29,971 nucleotides of DNA. Source: a virus. Its lineage: Duplodnaviria; Caudoviricetes. How positions within the stretch are numbered: the stretch's first letter is position 1; every line of letters begins with the position of its first letter. A program made the position numbers and the translations under genes. The stretch lies in the IMG/VR virus record IMGVR_UViG_3300003580_000011, positions 1 through 29,971 of that record. One strand, given 5' to 3'. Positions 10,192 to 17,995 of the stretch are shown here, in pieces. The notes under the pieces were generated by a model. It was given only the letters and a program-made list of their open reading frames with translations. It was not told the DNA's origin and searched no databases.

Positions 10192-10200
10192 TGATATAAT
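10192..10200 (+). promoter_or_regulatory. sigma70-type extended -10 promoter TGaTATAAT
   Basis: TG-n-TATAAT, weak -35 (ATGCAA) upstream; no ORF between it and the next terminator. Confidence 0.65.
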
Positions 10201-10205
10201 GAAGG

Positions 10206-10252
10206 TTCCGTGTGAAGGAAGTGCTAGGGGGTCCGAAAGGACCCCTTTTTTT
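10206..10252 (+). ncRNA. putative small RNA (~46 nt)
   Basis: Bounded by an extended -10 box and a GC-rich terminator; contains TTCC-GTGTGAA-GGAA mini-hairpin; no gene-sized ORF. Confidence 0.5.
10228..10252 (+). terminator. rho-independent terminator
   Basis: GGGGTCC-GAAA-GGACCCC followed by T7. Confidence 0.9.
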
Positions 10253-10255
10253 ATG

Positions 10256-10263
10256 TCTAAATA
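10256..10263 (+). promoter_or_regulatory. late promoter variant TCTAAATA
   Basis: NNTAAATA box directly after the terminator and before ORF 10289. Confidence 0.65.
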
Positions 10264-10288
10264 ATTTCAGAACTTTATTATTTTTGTT

Positions 10289-10486
10289 ATGGACTACAAA
10301 CCATATTCACAAGAGTGGCATAGAAAAAGATATTTGAAAGAAGCAATTGACAAGTATTTGGATGATTACGTTGACCCAACTGTAATCCTAGATGATCTTC
10401 GCGATGTACTTCACGTTCGTTCAGAAGTGGCGTATCAAGAATTCAATCGGATCAATCAATTAGAGCACTATCTCTCGGAAGAATAA
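10289..10486 (+). CDS. hypothetical protein
   Basis: 65-aa ORF after a late box, packed with the next gene. Confidence 0.75.
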   Translation: MDYKPYSQEWHRKRYLKEAIDKYLDDYVDPTVILDDLRDVLHVRSEVAYQEFNRINQLEHYLSEE

Positions 10487-10487
10487 T

Positions 10488-10802
10488 ATGCTGTCAACTC
10501 AATACAGACTACGATTGGAGTTTATCTGTAATAAGATCGCTAACAAGGAAGAAGTCAAACTTGAAGATATGATTTGGGCAGAAAAAATTGCCAAGAGATA
10601 TACAACTGCTAGGGACTGGTTGAACAAAGCACGTCGTCAGGCTGCTCAAGATATTGAGGATGGAACGATTGAGGATTTTATGAATAAGATGGGTATTGGG
10701 GACCCCGACCCATCTAATTACAAGAAGGGGTTCTCAAGTGCTGAGGAAATTCTAGATTGGTTCAAGCAAGACAAACCAGAAGACTGGAGACAGAGGGACT
10801 AA
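10488..10802 (+). CDS. hypothetical protein
   Basis: 104-aa ORF MLSTQYRLRLEFIC...DWRQRD, contiguous with neighbours. Confidence 0.8.
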   Translation: MLSTQYRLRLEFICNKIANKEEVKLEDMIWAEKIAKRYTTARDWLNKARRQAAQDIEDGTIEDFMNKMGIGDPDPSNYKKGFSSAEEILDWFKQDKPEDWRQRD

Positions 10803-10805
10803 ATA
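10798..10805 (+). promoter_or_regulatory. late promoter ACTAAATA
   Basis: Box overlapping the upstream stop, before g3. Confidence 0.65.
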
Positions 10806-10825
10806 TTATATAACAGGAGGTGAGA

Positions 10826-11389
10826 ATGTCTTACGTAACCACACCAATCACAAACAGAAATTTTTTATCACCAGGTGGTTTTGATCTCGTCATTGAAGAG
10901 GCACCAAAAGTTCAATTTTTCTGCCAGTCTGCAAACATTCCAGCGATCTCAATGATTGCTGCAGAACAAGCAACAAGACTTAGGAATCTACCAATTCCTG
11001 GTGATGAACTGTATTACCAAGATCTAGAGGTAAATTTCTTGGTAGATGAAGACATGGGAAATTATCTAGAGATTCATAACTGGATGAGATCTTTGGGGTT
11101 CCCTAAGTATGGTGGCGAATACGATTTTACTGAAAGAGGAGTAGATAATTCTTACAGCAGTTCTCGTATTGCAACTAACAAAGTCAAAACTTTCAACGAA
11201 AAATATGAGAGATCAGACATTACTTTGATTATTCTCAACAGCAGTTACAATAGAATAAAAACAGTAAACTTCAAAGACTGTTTCCCAGTATCACTTTCTA
11301 CATTGAGATTTGATTCTCAGATATCTGATGTAGAATATCTAAATGCTTCAGTAGCATTCAAATACACTTACTTTGACATTAATGATTGA
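10826..11389 (+). CDS. g3: tail tube terminator / tail completion protein gp3
   Basis: NRNFLSPGGF, FFCQSANIP, IPGDELYY, FLVDEDM, FPVSLSTLRFD; AGGAGG RBS favours the ATG at 10826. Confidence 0.85.
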   Translation: MSYVTTPITNRNFLSPGGFDLVIEEAPKVQFFCQSANIPAISMIAAEQATRLRNLPIPGDELYYQDLEVNFLVDEDMGNYLEIHNWMRSLGFPKYGGEYDFTERGVDNSYSSSRIATNKVKTFNEKYERSDITLIILNSSYNRIKTVNFKDCFPVSLSTLRFDSQISDVEYLNASVAFKYTYFDIND

Positions 11390-11810
11390 TCTTGAATCTT
11401 TGCAAACCAAATGGGAGAAAGACTCTCAGATGGGTGATGAACTTAGTGACGAATCTAAAAAAATTCCCTCACTACATTCAAAATATTTCAAAATTTATAA
11501 TGAAATCTGCTTGCTGAAAAGGAAGTCAGAGTCAGATCTGAAAGTTCTTAGAAGGAAAAGATGGGAATATTATACAGGAAAAGCAGACCCAGAAGTATAC
11601 GAATCAGAACCTTTTGACTTCAAAGTTCTAAAGCAAGACATCGATAGATATCTGGATAGTGATCCTAAGATACAAAAATTACAACTAAAGATTGACTACT
11701 ACGAACAACTTGTACTGTTCTTAGAGTCTATCCTGAAACAAATCAGTGACAGGCAATGGCAAATTAGGAACGCAATTGAGTTTCAAAAACTAACATTAGG
11801 ATACGGATGA
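11382..11810 (+). CDS. uvsY: recombination mediator UvsY
   Basis: IPSLHSKY, WEYYTGKA, RQWQIRNAIEF; precedes uvsW. ATG at 11382 chosen. Confidence 0.88.
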   Translation: MIDLESLQTKWEKDSQMGDELSDESKKIPSLHSKYFKIYNEICLLKRKSESDLKVLRRKRWEYYTGKADPEVYESEPFDFKVLKQDIDRYLDSDPKIQKLQLKIDYYEQLVLFLESILKQISDRQWQIRNAIEFQKLTLGYG

Positions 11811-11811
11811 T

Positions 11812-13275
11812 ATGAGCGAACTATTGATTTCAAAAAAGAATGAAGTATATCTGAAAATAGAATGTGAACCACATATCAAATACGAACTATCAGATCAATT
11901 TACATTTGATGTTCCTGAAGCAGCGTTCATGCCATCTTATAGAAGTAAGCATTGGGATGGCAAGATACGTTTATTTTCGCCACAAACAGGGGAGATCTAC
12001 TGTGGTCTTCTCGATAGGTTGATTACGTGGTGTGGAGAACATGAATATAAGATGAAGTTTGAATCCAACAAATACTACGGTGACGTGTTGGAATCAAATC
12101 CTATGGTAACCATGGAAGGAGTCAAGTCTTTCATGACATCCATCACATCTTTCAAACCTAGAGAGTATCAAGTCAAAGCAGTATATCAAGCACTCAAGAA
12201 TAATCGTAAACTAATTATCTCACCAACAGCATCAGGTAAGTCAATGATGATTTACTCTGTAGTTAGATATCACGTTGCTAAGGGAGAAAAAATTCTAATC
12301 GTTGTTCCTACTACATCTCTTGTAGAGCAGATGTATAAAGATTTTATTGACTATGGTTGGGACGCTGAATCATATTGCCATAAAATTTATGCAGGATATG
12401 AAAAAGTATCTGATAAAGATGTAACTATTACAACCTGGCAATCTATTTACAAGATGCCAAAAAAATATTTTGATGAATTTACTACTGTAATTGGTGATGA
12501 GGCACACCAGTTCAAAGCAAAATCACTGACTGGTATCATGACTAAGTGTCATAATGCAAAGTATAGGATTGGTTTTACTGGAACACTAGATGGAACCAAG
12601 ACTCATAAGTGGGTATTGGAAGGTCTGTTTGGCCCAGCAGATAAAATTGTCAACACAGAAGAACTTATTGATCAGGGATATCTTTCTAAGTTTGAGATCA
12701 AAGTATTGATATTGAAGCATGAGTATCAGAAGTTTGAAACTTATGAAGATGAAATTCAGTTCCTTATCAACAATGATCGTAGGAATAAATTTATCAGTAA
12801 TCTGGCATTGGATCTGAATGGTAATACTTTGATTCTTTATAGTCGGGTTTCTACCCATGGTCAGGTTATCTATGACCTCCTAAATAATAGTAAGACTCAG
12901 GACAGAAAAGTATTTTTCATACATGGTGGAGTGAATACTGATGAGAGAGAGGATGTGAGAAAAATCACAGAGTCTGAAAATAATGCAATTATTGTAGCAT
13001 CCTACGGAACTTTTTCTACTGGCATCAATATCAAAAACCTTCACAATGTAATATTTTCTAGTCCTTCTAAATCAAGAATTAGAAATCTTCAATCGATTGG
13101 TAGAGTTCTTAGAAAAGGTCAGGCAAAAAATCTTGCAACTTTGTATGATGTGTCTGATGATGTTACTAGTAATAATGGTAAAAAGAATTATACTTTGAAT
13201 CATCTTGTTGAGAGAATAAAAATTTACAATGAAGAAAACTTTGATTATCAAATTATAAACATCGATTTCAGATAA
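11812..13275 (+). CDS. uvsW: SF2 DNA/RNA helicase UvsW
   Basis: WDGKIRLF, SPTASGKS, DEAH, FTGT, QSIGRVLR. Confidence 0.96.
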   Translation: MSELLISKKNEVYLKIECEPHIKYELSDQFTFDVPEAAFMPSYRSKHWDGKIRLFSPQTGEIYCGLLDRLITWCGEHEYKMKFESNKYYGDVLESNPMVTMEGVKSFMTSITSFKPREYQVKAVYQALKNNRKLIISPTASGKSMMIYSVVRYHVAKGEKILIVVPTTSLVEQMYKDFIDYGWDAESYCHKIYAGYEKVSDKDVTITTWQSIYKMPKKYFDEFTTVIGDEAHQFKAKSLTGIMTKCHNAKYRIGFTGTLDGTKTHKWVLEGLFGPADKIVNTEELIDQGYLSKFEIKVLILKHEYQKFETYEDEIQFLINNDRRNKFISNLALDLNGNTLILYSRVSTHGQVIYDLLNNSKTQDRKVFFIHGGVNTDEREDVRKITESENNAIIVASYGTFSTGINIKNLHNVIFSSPSKSRIRNLQSIGRVLRKGQAKNLATLYDVSDDVTSNNGKKNYTLNHLVERIKIYNEENFDYQIINIDFR

Positions 13276-13278
13276 CAA

Positions 13279-13692
13279 ATGGGAGACGATTTTTACGCAG
13301 CAATCAAATTGATATCAGGAGAAGAACTTCTTGCTCAGGTAATGTGGATTCCTGATGATGATATTCTCTTGGTATCTAATGCTATTACTATTAAAGAAGA
13401 TACTATCAACCCACAACCAGGAGTATTAGCAAACATTGTTATTCCTAATATGTGGATGAAATTTTCTGGTGAAGATTGTTTCGTCATTGAAAGACATAAT
13501 ATTCTTACTATTACTGAACTCACTGAAGGAGCAATTGAGTTCTATGAAGAATGTTTTGAAAAAGCATATGCTTCTCAAAGATCAGTTATCTCTACAAACA
13601 AAGTCAACCCTGAAAGGAACGTTGGATATGTTTCTAAGATAGATGATGCTAGAAATTCTCTAGAGAAGTTATTCAATAAAGACTCTAAGTAA
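13279..13692 (+). CDS. hypothetical protein, possible Sm-like fold
   Basis: IKLISGEELLAQV...LLVSNAITI resembles an Sm1 pattern; lies between uvsW and g55. Confidence 0.7.
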   Translation: MGDDFYAAIKLISGEELLAQVMWIPDDDILLVSNAITIKEDTINPQPGVLANIVIPNMWMKFSGEDCFVIERHNILTITELTEGAIEFYEECFEKAYASQRSVISTNKVNPERNVGYVSKIDDARNSLEKLFNKDSK

Positions 13693-13726
13693 TAAAGCTA
13701 TATTGCTTTTGAACCTCCACAAGGTT

Positions 13727-13755
13727 ATTGTACACTGATTCAGGGGTATTGTCAA
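13727..13755 (-). promoter_or_regulatory. sigma70 promoter on the minus strand, TTGACA-17-TACAAT
   Basis: Reverse complement reads TTGACA atacccctgaatcagtg TACAAT. Confidence 0.7.
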
Positions 13756-13777
13756 GCCTGGGTTTCTGTGTTATGAT
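13749..13777 (+). promoter_or_regulatory. sigma70 promoter for g55, TTGTCA-17-(TGn)TATGAT
   Basis: 17-bp spacing and extended -10, 26 nt before the g55 ATG. Confidence 0.75.
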
Positions 13778-13803
13778 GTACACATGAAAACGGACACTTC
13801 TCC

Positions 13804-14277
13804 ATGGCTGCAAAACCAGAACATTATGTAAACAACAAACAATTTTTAGAAGCACTGATTGTTTATCGATCTAAGGTGGCGTATGCTAAAGAGAATGACC
13901 TACCTAAACCGAGAATTACAAATTACATTGGTGAATGCTTTTTGAAGATTGCTAATCATTTATCATATCGACCTAACTTTGTCAACTACATGTTCAAGGA
14001 CGATATGATTTGTGATGGGGTGGAGAACTGTGTCCAGTATGTAGATAATTTCGATCCAAACAAATCTAATAATCCGTTTGCTTACTTCACTCAGATTATA
14101 TACTACGCATTTCTTAGACGAATACAGAGAGAAAAGAAACAGTTAGAGATCAAGAACAAAATTATTGAGAGATCTGGTTTTGATCAGGTGTTCACTGCAG
14201 ACTCAAACGATGTGGGATATGATATCTCAGAGATGAATAGTATCAAAGAAAACGTTGAAGTGAGGATGAACAGATGA
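13804..14277 (+). CDS. g55: late-transcription sigma factor gp55
   Basis: HYVNNKQFL, YIGECFLKIA, NPFAYFTQIIYYAFLRRIQREKKQ. Confidence 0.96.
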   Translation: MAAKPEHYVNNKQFLEALIVYRSKVAYAKENDLPKPRITNYIGECFLKIANHLSYRPNFVNYMFKDDMICDGVENCVQYVDNFDPNKSNNPFAYFTQIIYYAFLRRIQREKKQLEIKNKIIERSGFDQVFTADSNDVGYDISEMNSIKENVEVRMNR

Positions 14278-14543
14278 CACACGAAGAAATGTTAGAGACA
14301 GCAAACCTACGAGAGATGGGTATTCCTGATGATGCAGAATTAGTTGATGATGTATTCTATGTCTGGAAAACTCGTTATGGTTTGTATTCAACAATGACCA
14401 AGGAAGGTCGTCGGATGATGACTGGCGGTACAAAAGATGGTGTCACTATTATGACACGTTGGCACCTTAAGTGTGAACAAGATGGAACTCTTGACCAATA
14501 TACAAGAGTAGTAGGATCTTCTGTTGTGAGTGGTAAACTATGA
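14274..14543 (+). CDS. hypothetical protein
   Basis: 89 aa, ATGA-coupled to g55. Confidence 0.75.
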   Translation: MTHEEMLETANLREMGIPDDAELVDDVFYVWKTRYGLYSTMTKEGRRMMTGGTKDGVTIMTRWHLKCEQDGTLDQYTRVVGSSVVSGKL

Positions 14544-14746
14544 CTGAAATTATAATTACTCCTCAAACATATATTGATATGAATAAGGAATTTGAAGAAG
14601 AGGGTACACCATTCACAATCGCGGTTCCTACACAGGAAGCAATTGATGAGTGGAAATCGAAACCACCACAACCTTATCAGACCCCACCTGCTGTTGATAT
14701 GGTACAACAAATGTGGGATGCTATTGGAGGACGCCCTAATGGATGA
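14540..14746 (+). CDS. hypothetical protein
   Basis: 68 aa, ATGA-coupled. Confidence 0.7.
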   Translation: MTEIIITPQTYIDMNKEFEEEGTPFTIAVPTQEAIDEWKSKPPQPYQTPPAVDMVQQMWDAIGGRPNG

Positions 14747-14927
14747 TTTCAATCAACCTGGATCCGAAAAGATAGGAATAACACCTGTATTCACAGAGTT
14801 TGTTGTACAATTGCAAATAGATAATATTTGTAAGATACTAAAAGGTGAAGTCAAGCATTACATTTGTACTGATAGAAATACAACCCATAAAAAAATTGTA
14901 ATTGAATACGGTCACGAAACCAAATGA
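14739..14927 (+). CDS. hypothetical protein
   Basis: MDDFNQPGSEK...; GGAGG RBS upstream of the ATG at 14739; ATGA-coupled to g47. Confidence 0.7.
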   Translation: MDDFNQPGSEKIGITPVFTEFVVQLQIDNICKILKGEVKHYICTDRNTTHKKIVIEYGHETK

Positions 14928-15964
14928 AAGTAGCTATCATCACGGACCAACACTTTGGTATGAGAAAGGGAAGTCAGATCTTCCACAATTTTATCTCCAA
15001 GTTCTACAGAGATGTCTTTTTCCCTACTCTTGAGGAGGAGGGTATCTATAATGTAATTGACTTGGGAGATACTTTTGATAATAGAAAGAGTATTGACTTT
15101 TGGTCTTTGGAGTGGGCAAAGAAAAATTACTATGATATTCTTAGGCAACACAATACGAAGGTGTATACAGTAATTGGAAACCATACTGCTTACTATAAGA
15201 ATACAAATAAGATCAACACAGTAGAACTTCTTCTTGAGGATTATCACAATGTAGAATGTTATTCACAAGCTACTGAAGTGATGATTGGTGGGTTGCCTAT
15301 TCTTTTCATTCCCTGGATCAATGAAGAGAATGTTGTAGAAACTAACAAACTCATCAAGAGTACAAAAGCAAAAGTTGCTATGGGTCACCTAGAACTTTCT
15401 GGGTTTGATGCACACCCTGGATACAATCATCAACGTGGCGATAGTTCAGATAAATATAAAAAATTTGAGAAGGTGTTCTCTGGTCACTATCATACCAAGA
15501 GCACCAAAGGTAATGTAACATATCTCGGAAATCCATATCAAATCTATTGGAATGATTATGGTGACAGAAGAGGGTTTCACATCTTTGATACTGATGATCT
15601 TAGTCTACGGTACATCAAAAATCCTTACACAATCTTTGATAAAGTTACCTATAATGATGAAGTCAATGATTATTCAGACCATGACTATGAAAATTATGGT
15701 GAGAAATTTATCAAAGTAATTGTAGAAAAGAAAACTGACTATAAAACCTTTGACAAGTTCCTAGAGAATGTTTATTACTCTGGTGCTCACGATGTAAAAG
15801 TTATTGAAAATTTTGATCTGAGTGCAGATGGTGAAGAAGAGATTGAAGTAGAAGATACTTTGACTACTCTTGAGAAATATGTAAACGAACTTGAGACTGA
15901 TCTGAATAAGTCTTCTTTGACATGTATCCTCAAAAATCTATATGTGGAAGCATCAGAGGTATAA
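14924..15964 (+). CDS. g47: recombination endonuclease subunit gp47 (Mre11/SbcD-like)
   Basis: Metallophosphoesterase motifs DQHFG, GDTFD, GNH, MGH, SGHYH. Confidence 0.95.
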   Translation: MKVAIITDQHFGMRKGSQIFHNFISKFYRDVFFPTLEEEGIYNVIDLGDTFDNRKSIDFWSLEWAKKNYYDILRQHNTKVYTVIGNHTAYYKNTNKINTVELLLEDYHNVECYSQATEVMIGGLPILFIPWINEENVVETNKLIKSTKAKVAMGHLELSGFDAHPGYNHQRGDSSDKYKKFEKVFSGHYHTKSTKGNVTYLGNPYQIYWNDYGDRRGFHIFDTDDLSLRYIKNPYTIFDKVTYNDEVNDYSDHDYENYGEKFIKVIVEKKTDYKTFDKFLENVYYSGAHDVKVIENFDLSADGEEEIEVEDTLTTLEKYVNELETDLNKSSLTCILKNLYVEASEV

Positions 15965-16227
15965 TGTTCATACTCACTCTCGAAGGATCTGGTCAGCAAG
16001 CATATGCTTCTAATACCAAGGACGGAAGTAGATCTTTACAACTCTTTATTGACAAAGACGACGCAGTACGCTATGCTGGTCTTCTGGAAGCAGATGATCA
16101 CCCTGCTTTAGAAATCGTAGAAGTAGATGACGATGGTATCGTCAAGACATGCGAACTTATGGGATATAAGTATTCCATTATTACTCCTGATGACTTTGTA
16201 ATTCCTGAACCCAATGATACTTTTTAA
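15964..16227 (+). CDS. hypothetical protein between g47 and g46
   Basis: MFILTLEG...DDAVRYAGLLEADD...ITPDDFVIP; TAATG coupling gives a start at 15964. Confidence 0.75.
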   Translation: MFILTLEGSGQQAYASNTKDGSRSLQLFIDKDDAVRYAGLLEADDHPALEIVEVDDDGIVKTCELMGYKYSIITPDDFVIPEPNDTF

Positions 16228-17929
16228 AACGATTCGGTGGCGTAACTTCCTTTCTACTGGCAATACCTTCACCGAAATTGCTCTGGATAGTTCTCAGGCA
16301 ACGTTGATTGTTGGTACAAATGGTGCAGGAAAATCTACCATTCTTGATGCATTGACATTCTCCTTGTTTGGTAAGCCATTCAGAAAGATCAACAAACCAC
16401 AACTGGTCAACTCTATCAATGCAAAAGAGTGTGTTGCTGAAGTAGAGTTTTTTATTGGTTCTGTTGAATGGAAAATTGTTCGTGGAATCAAACCAAATAT
16501 CTTTGAAATCTATAAGAATGGAACTAAGTTAGATCAGAACTCTTCTGCTGCAGATCAGCAGAAATGGTTTGAACAAAATGTTTTGAAGTTGAACTTCAAA
16601 TCATTTACTCAGATTGTTATTCTAGGCAGTAGTACTTTTGTTCCATTCATGCAACTGCCTGCTGCTGGTAGACGTGAAGTCATTGAGGATATTCTTGATA
16701 TCAAAATTTTCTCTACCATGCATATCTTAGCAAAAGAGAAACTGAGAATGATCAATGAAGAGATCAGGGATTTAGATTCTCGCGCAGAATTGGTCAATGA
16801 GAAGATCAACATTCAAGATAGATTTATTGGTGAACTCACATCTCAGTCGGACAAAAAGATTTCTGAGAAGCAGGAAGAGATTGAGCGATTGAAAAATACT
16901 AAGAAAATTTTATCAGGTCAAATTGACGAGTGCTTTACTACAATAGAAACTTTGGAGAAGATGTATATCTCTCCAAAGAAGTTGCATGAGAAGCATGATA
17001 AACTAAAATCTCTTTCTTTTCAAATTACTTCTAAGAAAAATTTACATAATAGAGATCTGAAGTTCTTCCAACAGACTGATGATTGTCCTACTTGCGGACA
17101 GCATATTGATTCTTCTTTCAAAGAAGAAAAGATCTCTACATATCGAGATAGTGTTGATGAAATGGTCAATGCACTTGAAAAACTTGATGTTGAACTTTCT
17201 TCCTTGAAGACTAATATTGATAACATTGTATCTTTAGCAGATCAAATTCAAGAAAAGAAGTATGACTTCAGAAAACTAAAGAATGACTGTATAAACATCG
17301 ATAATCAGGTTGAGTATATCACTAAAGAGATCTCTAGTATTGGAAACAATAATGTTGACAAAGAGATTGAAAAGCGCCAAGAGTTCTTGGGGCAAAAGAA
17401 ACTTCTGAATGACATGATTTCAGAAACTAAAAAAGCAAGAGATGAGCACGATGCAATCAATTATCTTTTGAAAGATAGTGGAGTCAAGACTCGCATTATC
17501 AAAAAGTATCTCCCTCTCATCAATAGAACTTGTAGAGAATACTTGACTCAAATGGATTTCTCTATCAACTTCTCTCTTGATGGTGAGTTCAACGAAACTG
17601 TAAAGTCTCCCATTCACGAAGACTTTTCCTATTCATCATTCTCTGAAGGTGAAAAGATGAGAATTGACTTAGCACTTTTGTTTACATGGAGAGAAGTTGC
17701 AAGAGTCAAGAATTCAGTCAATACTAATCTTCTCATTCTTGATGAGATTTTTGACAGTTCTCTTGATACATCTGGTACAGAAGACTTCTTGAAGATTGTC
17801 AGGTTTGCAGTCAAGGATGCAAATATATTTGTCATATCTCACAAAGGTGACATCCTTCAAGATAAGTTTGCAGACACCATCCAGTTTGAGAAGGTGAAAA
17901 ACTTCAGTAAGAAGGTGACAGTCAACTAA
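16214..17929 (+). CDS. g46: recombination ATPase subunit gp46 (Rad50/SbcC-like)
   Basis: GTNGAGKS, zinc hook CPTCGQ, signature FSEGE, LILDE, ISH. Confidence 0.96.
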   Translation: MILFKTIRWRNFLSTGNTFTEIALDSSQATLIVGTNGAGKSTILDALTFSLFGKPFRKINKPQLVNSINAKECVAEVEFFIGSVEWKIVRGIKPNIFEIYKNGTKLDQNSSAADQQKWFEQNVLKLNFKSFTQIVILGSSTFVPFMQLPAAGRREVIEDILDIKIFSTMHILAKEKLRMINEEIRDLDSRAELVNEKINIQDRFIGELTSQSDKKISEKQEEIERLKNTKKILSGQIDECFTTIETLEKMYISPKKLHEKHDKLKSLSFQITSKKNLHNRDLKFFQQTDDCPTCGQHIDSSFKEEKISTYRDSVDEMVNALEKLDVELSSLKTNIDNIVSLADQIQEKKYDFRKLKNDCINIDNQVEYITKEISSIGNNNVDKEIEKRQEFLGQKKLLNDMISETKKARDEHDAINYLLKDSGVKTRIIKKYLPLINRTCREYLTQMDFSINFSLDGEFNETVKSPIHEDFSYSSFSEGEKMRIDLALLFTWREVARVKNSVNTNLLILDEIFDSSLDTSGTEDFLKIVRFAVKDANIFVISHKGDILQDKFADTIQFEKVKNFSKKVTVN

Positions 17930-17972
17930 GTGTCCACTCACCCCTAGGGAACCTCCCTAGGGGTATTATAAT
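17915..17972 (+). promoter_or_regulatory. early-type promoter: GTGACAGT..AAGTGTCCAC + hairpin + TATAAT
   Basis: Bipartite motif, 10-bp inverted repeat 17940-17964, TATAAT 17967-17972; second copy at 20831-20886. Confidence 0.7.
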
Positions 17973-17995
17973 ATGTGCATACACAGAGAGGTTCG

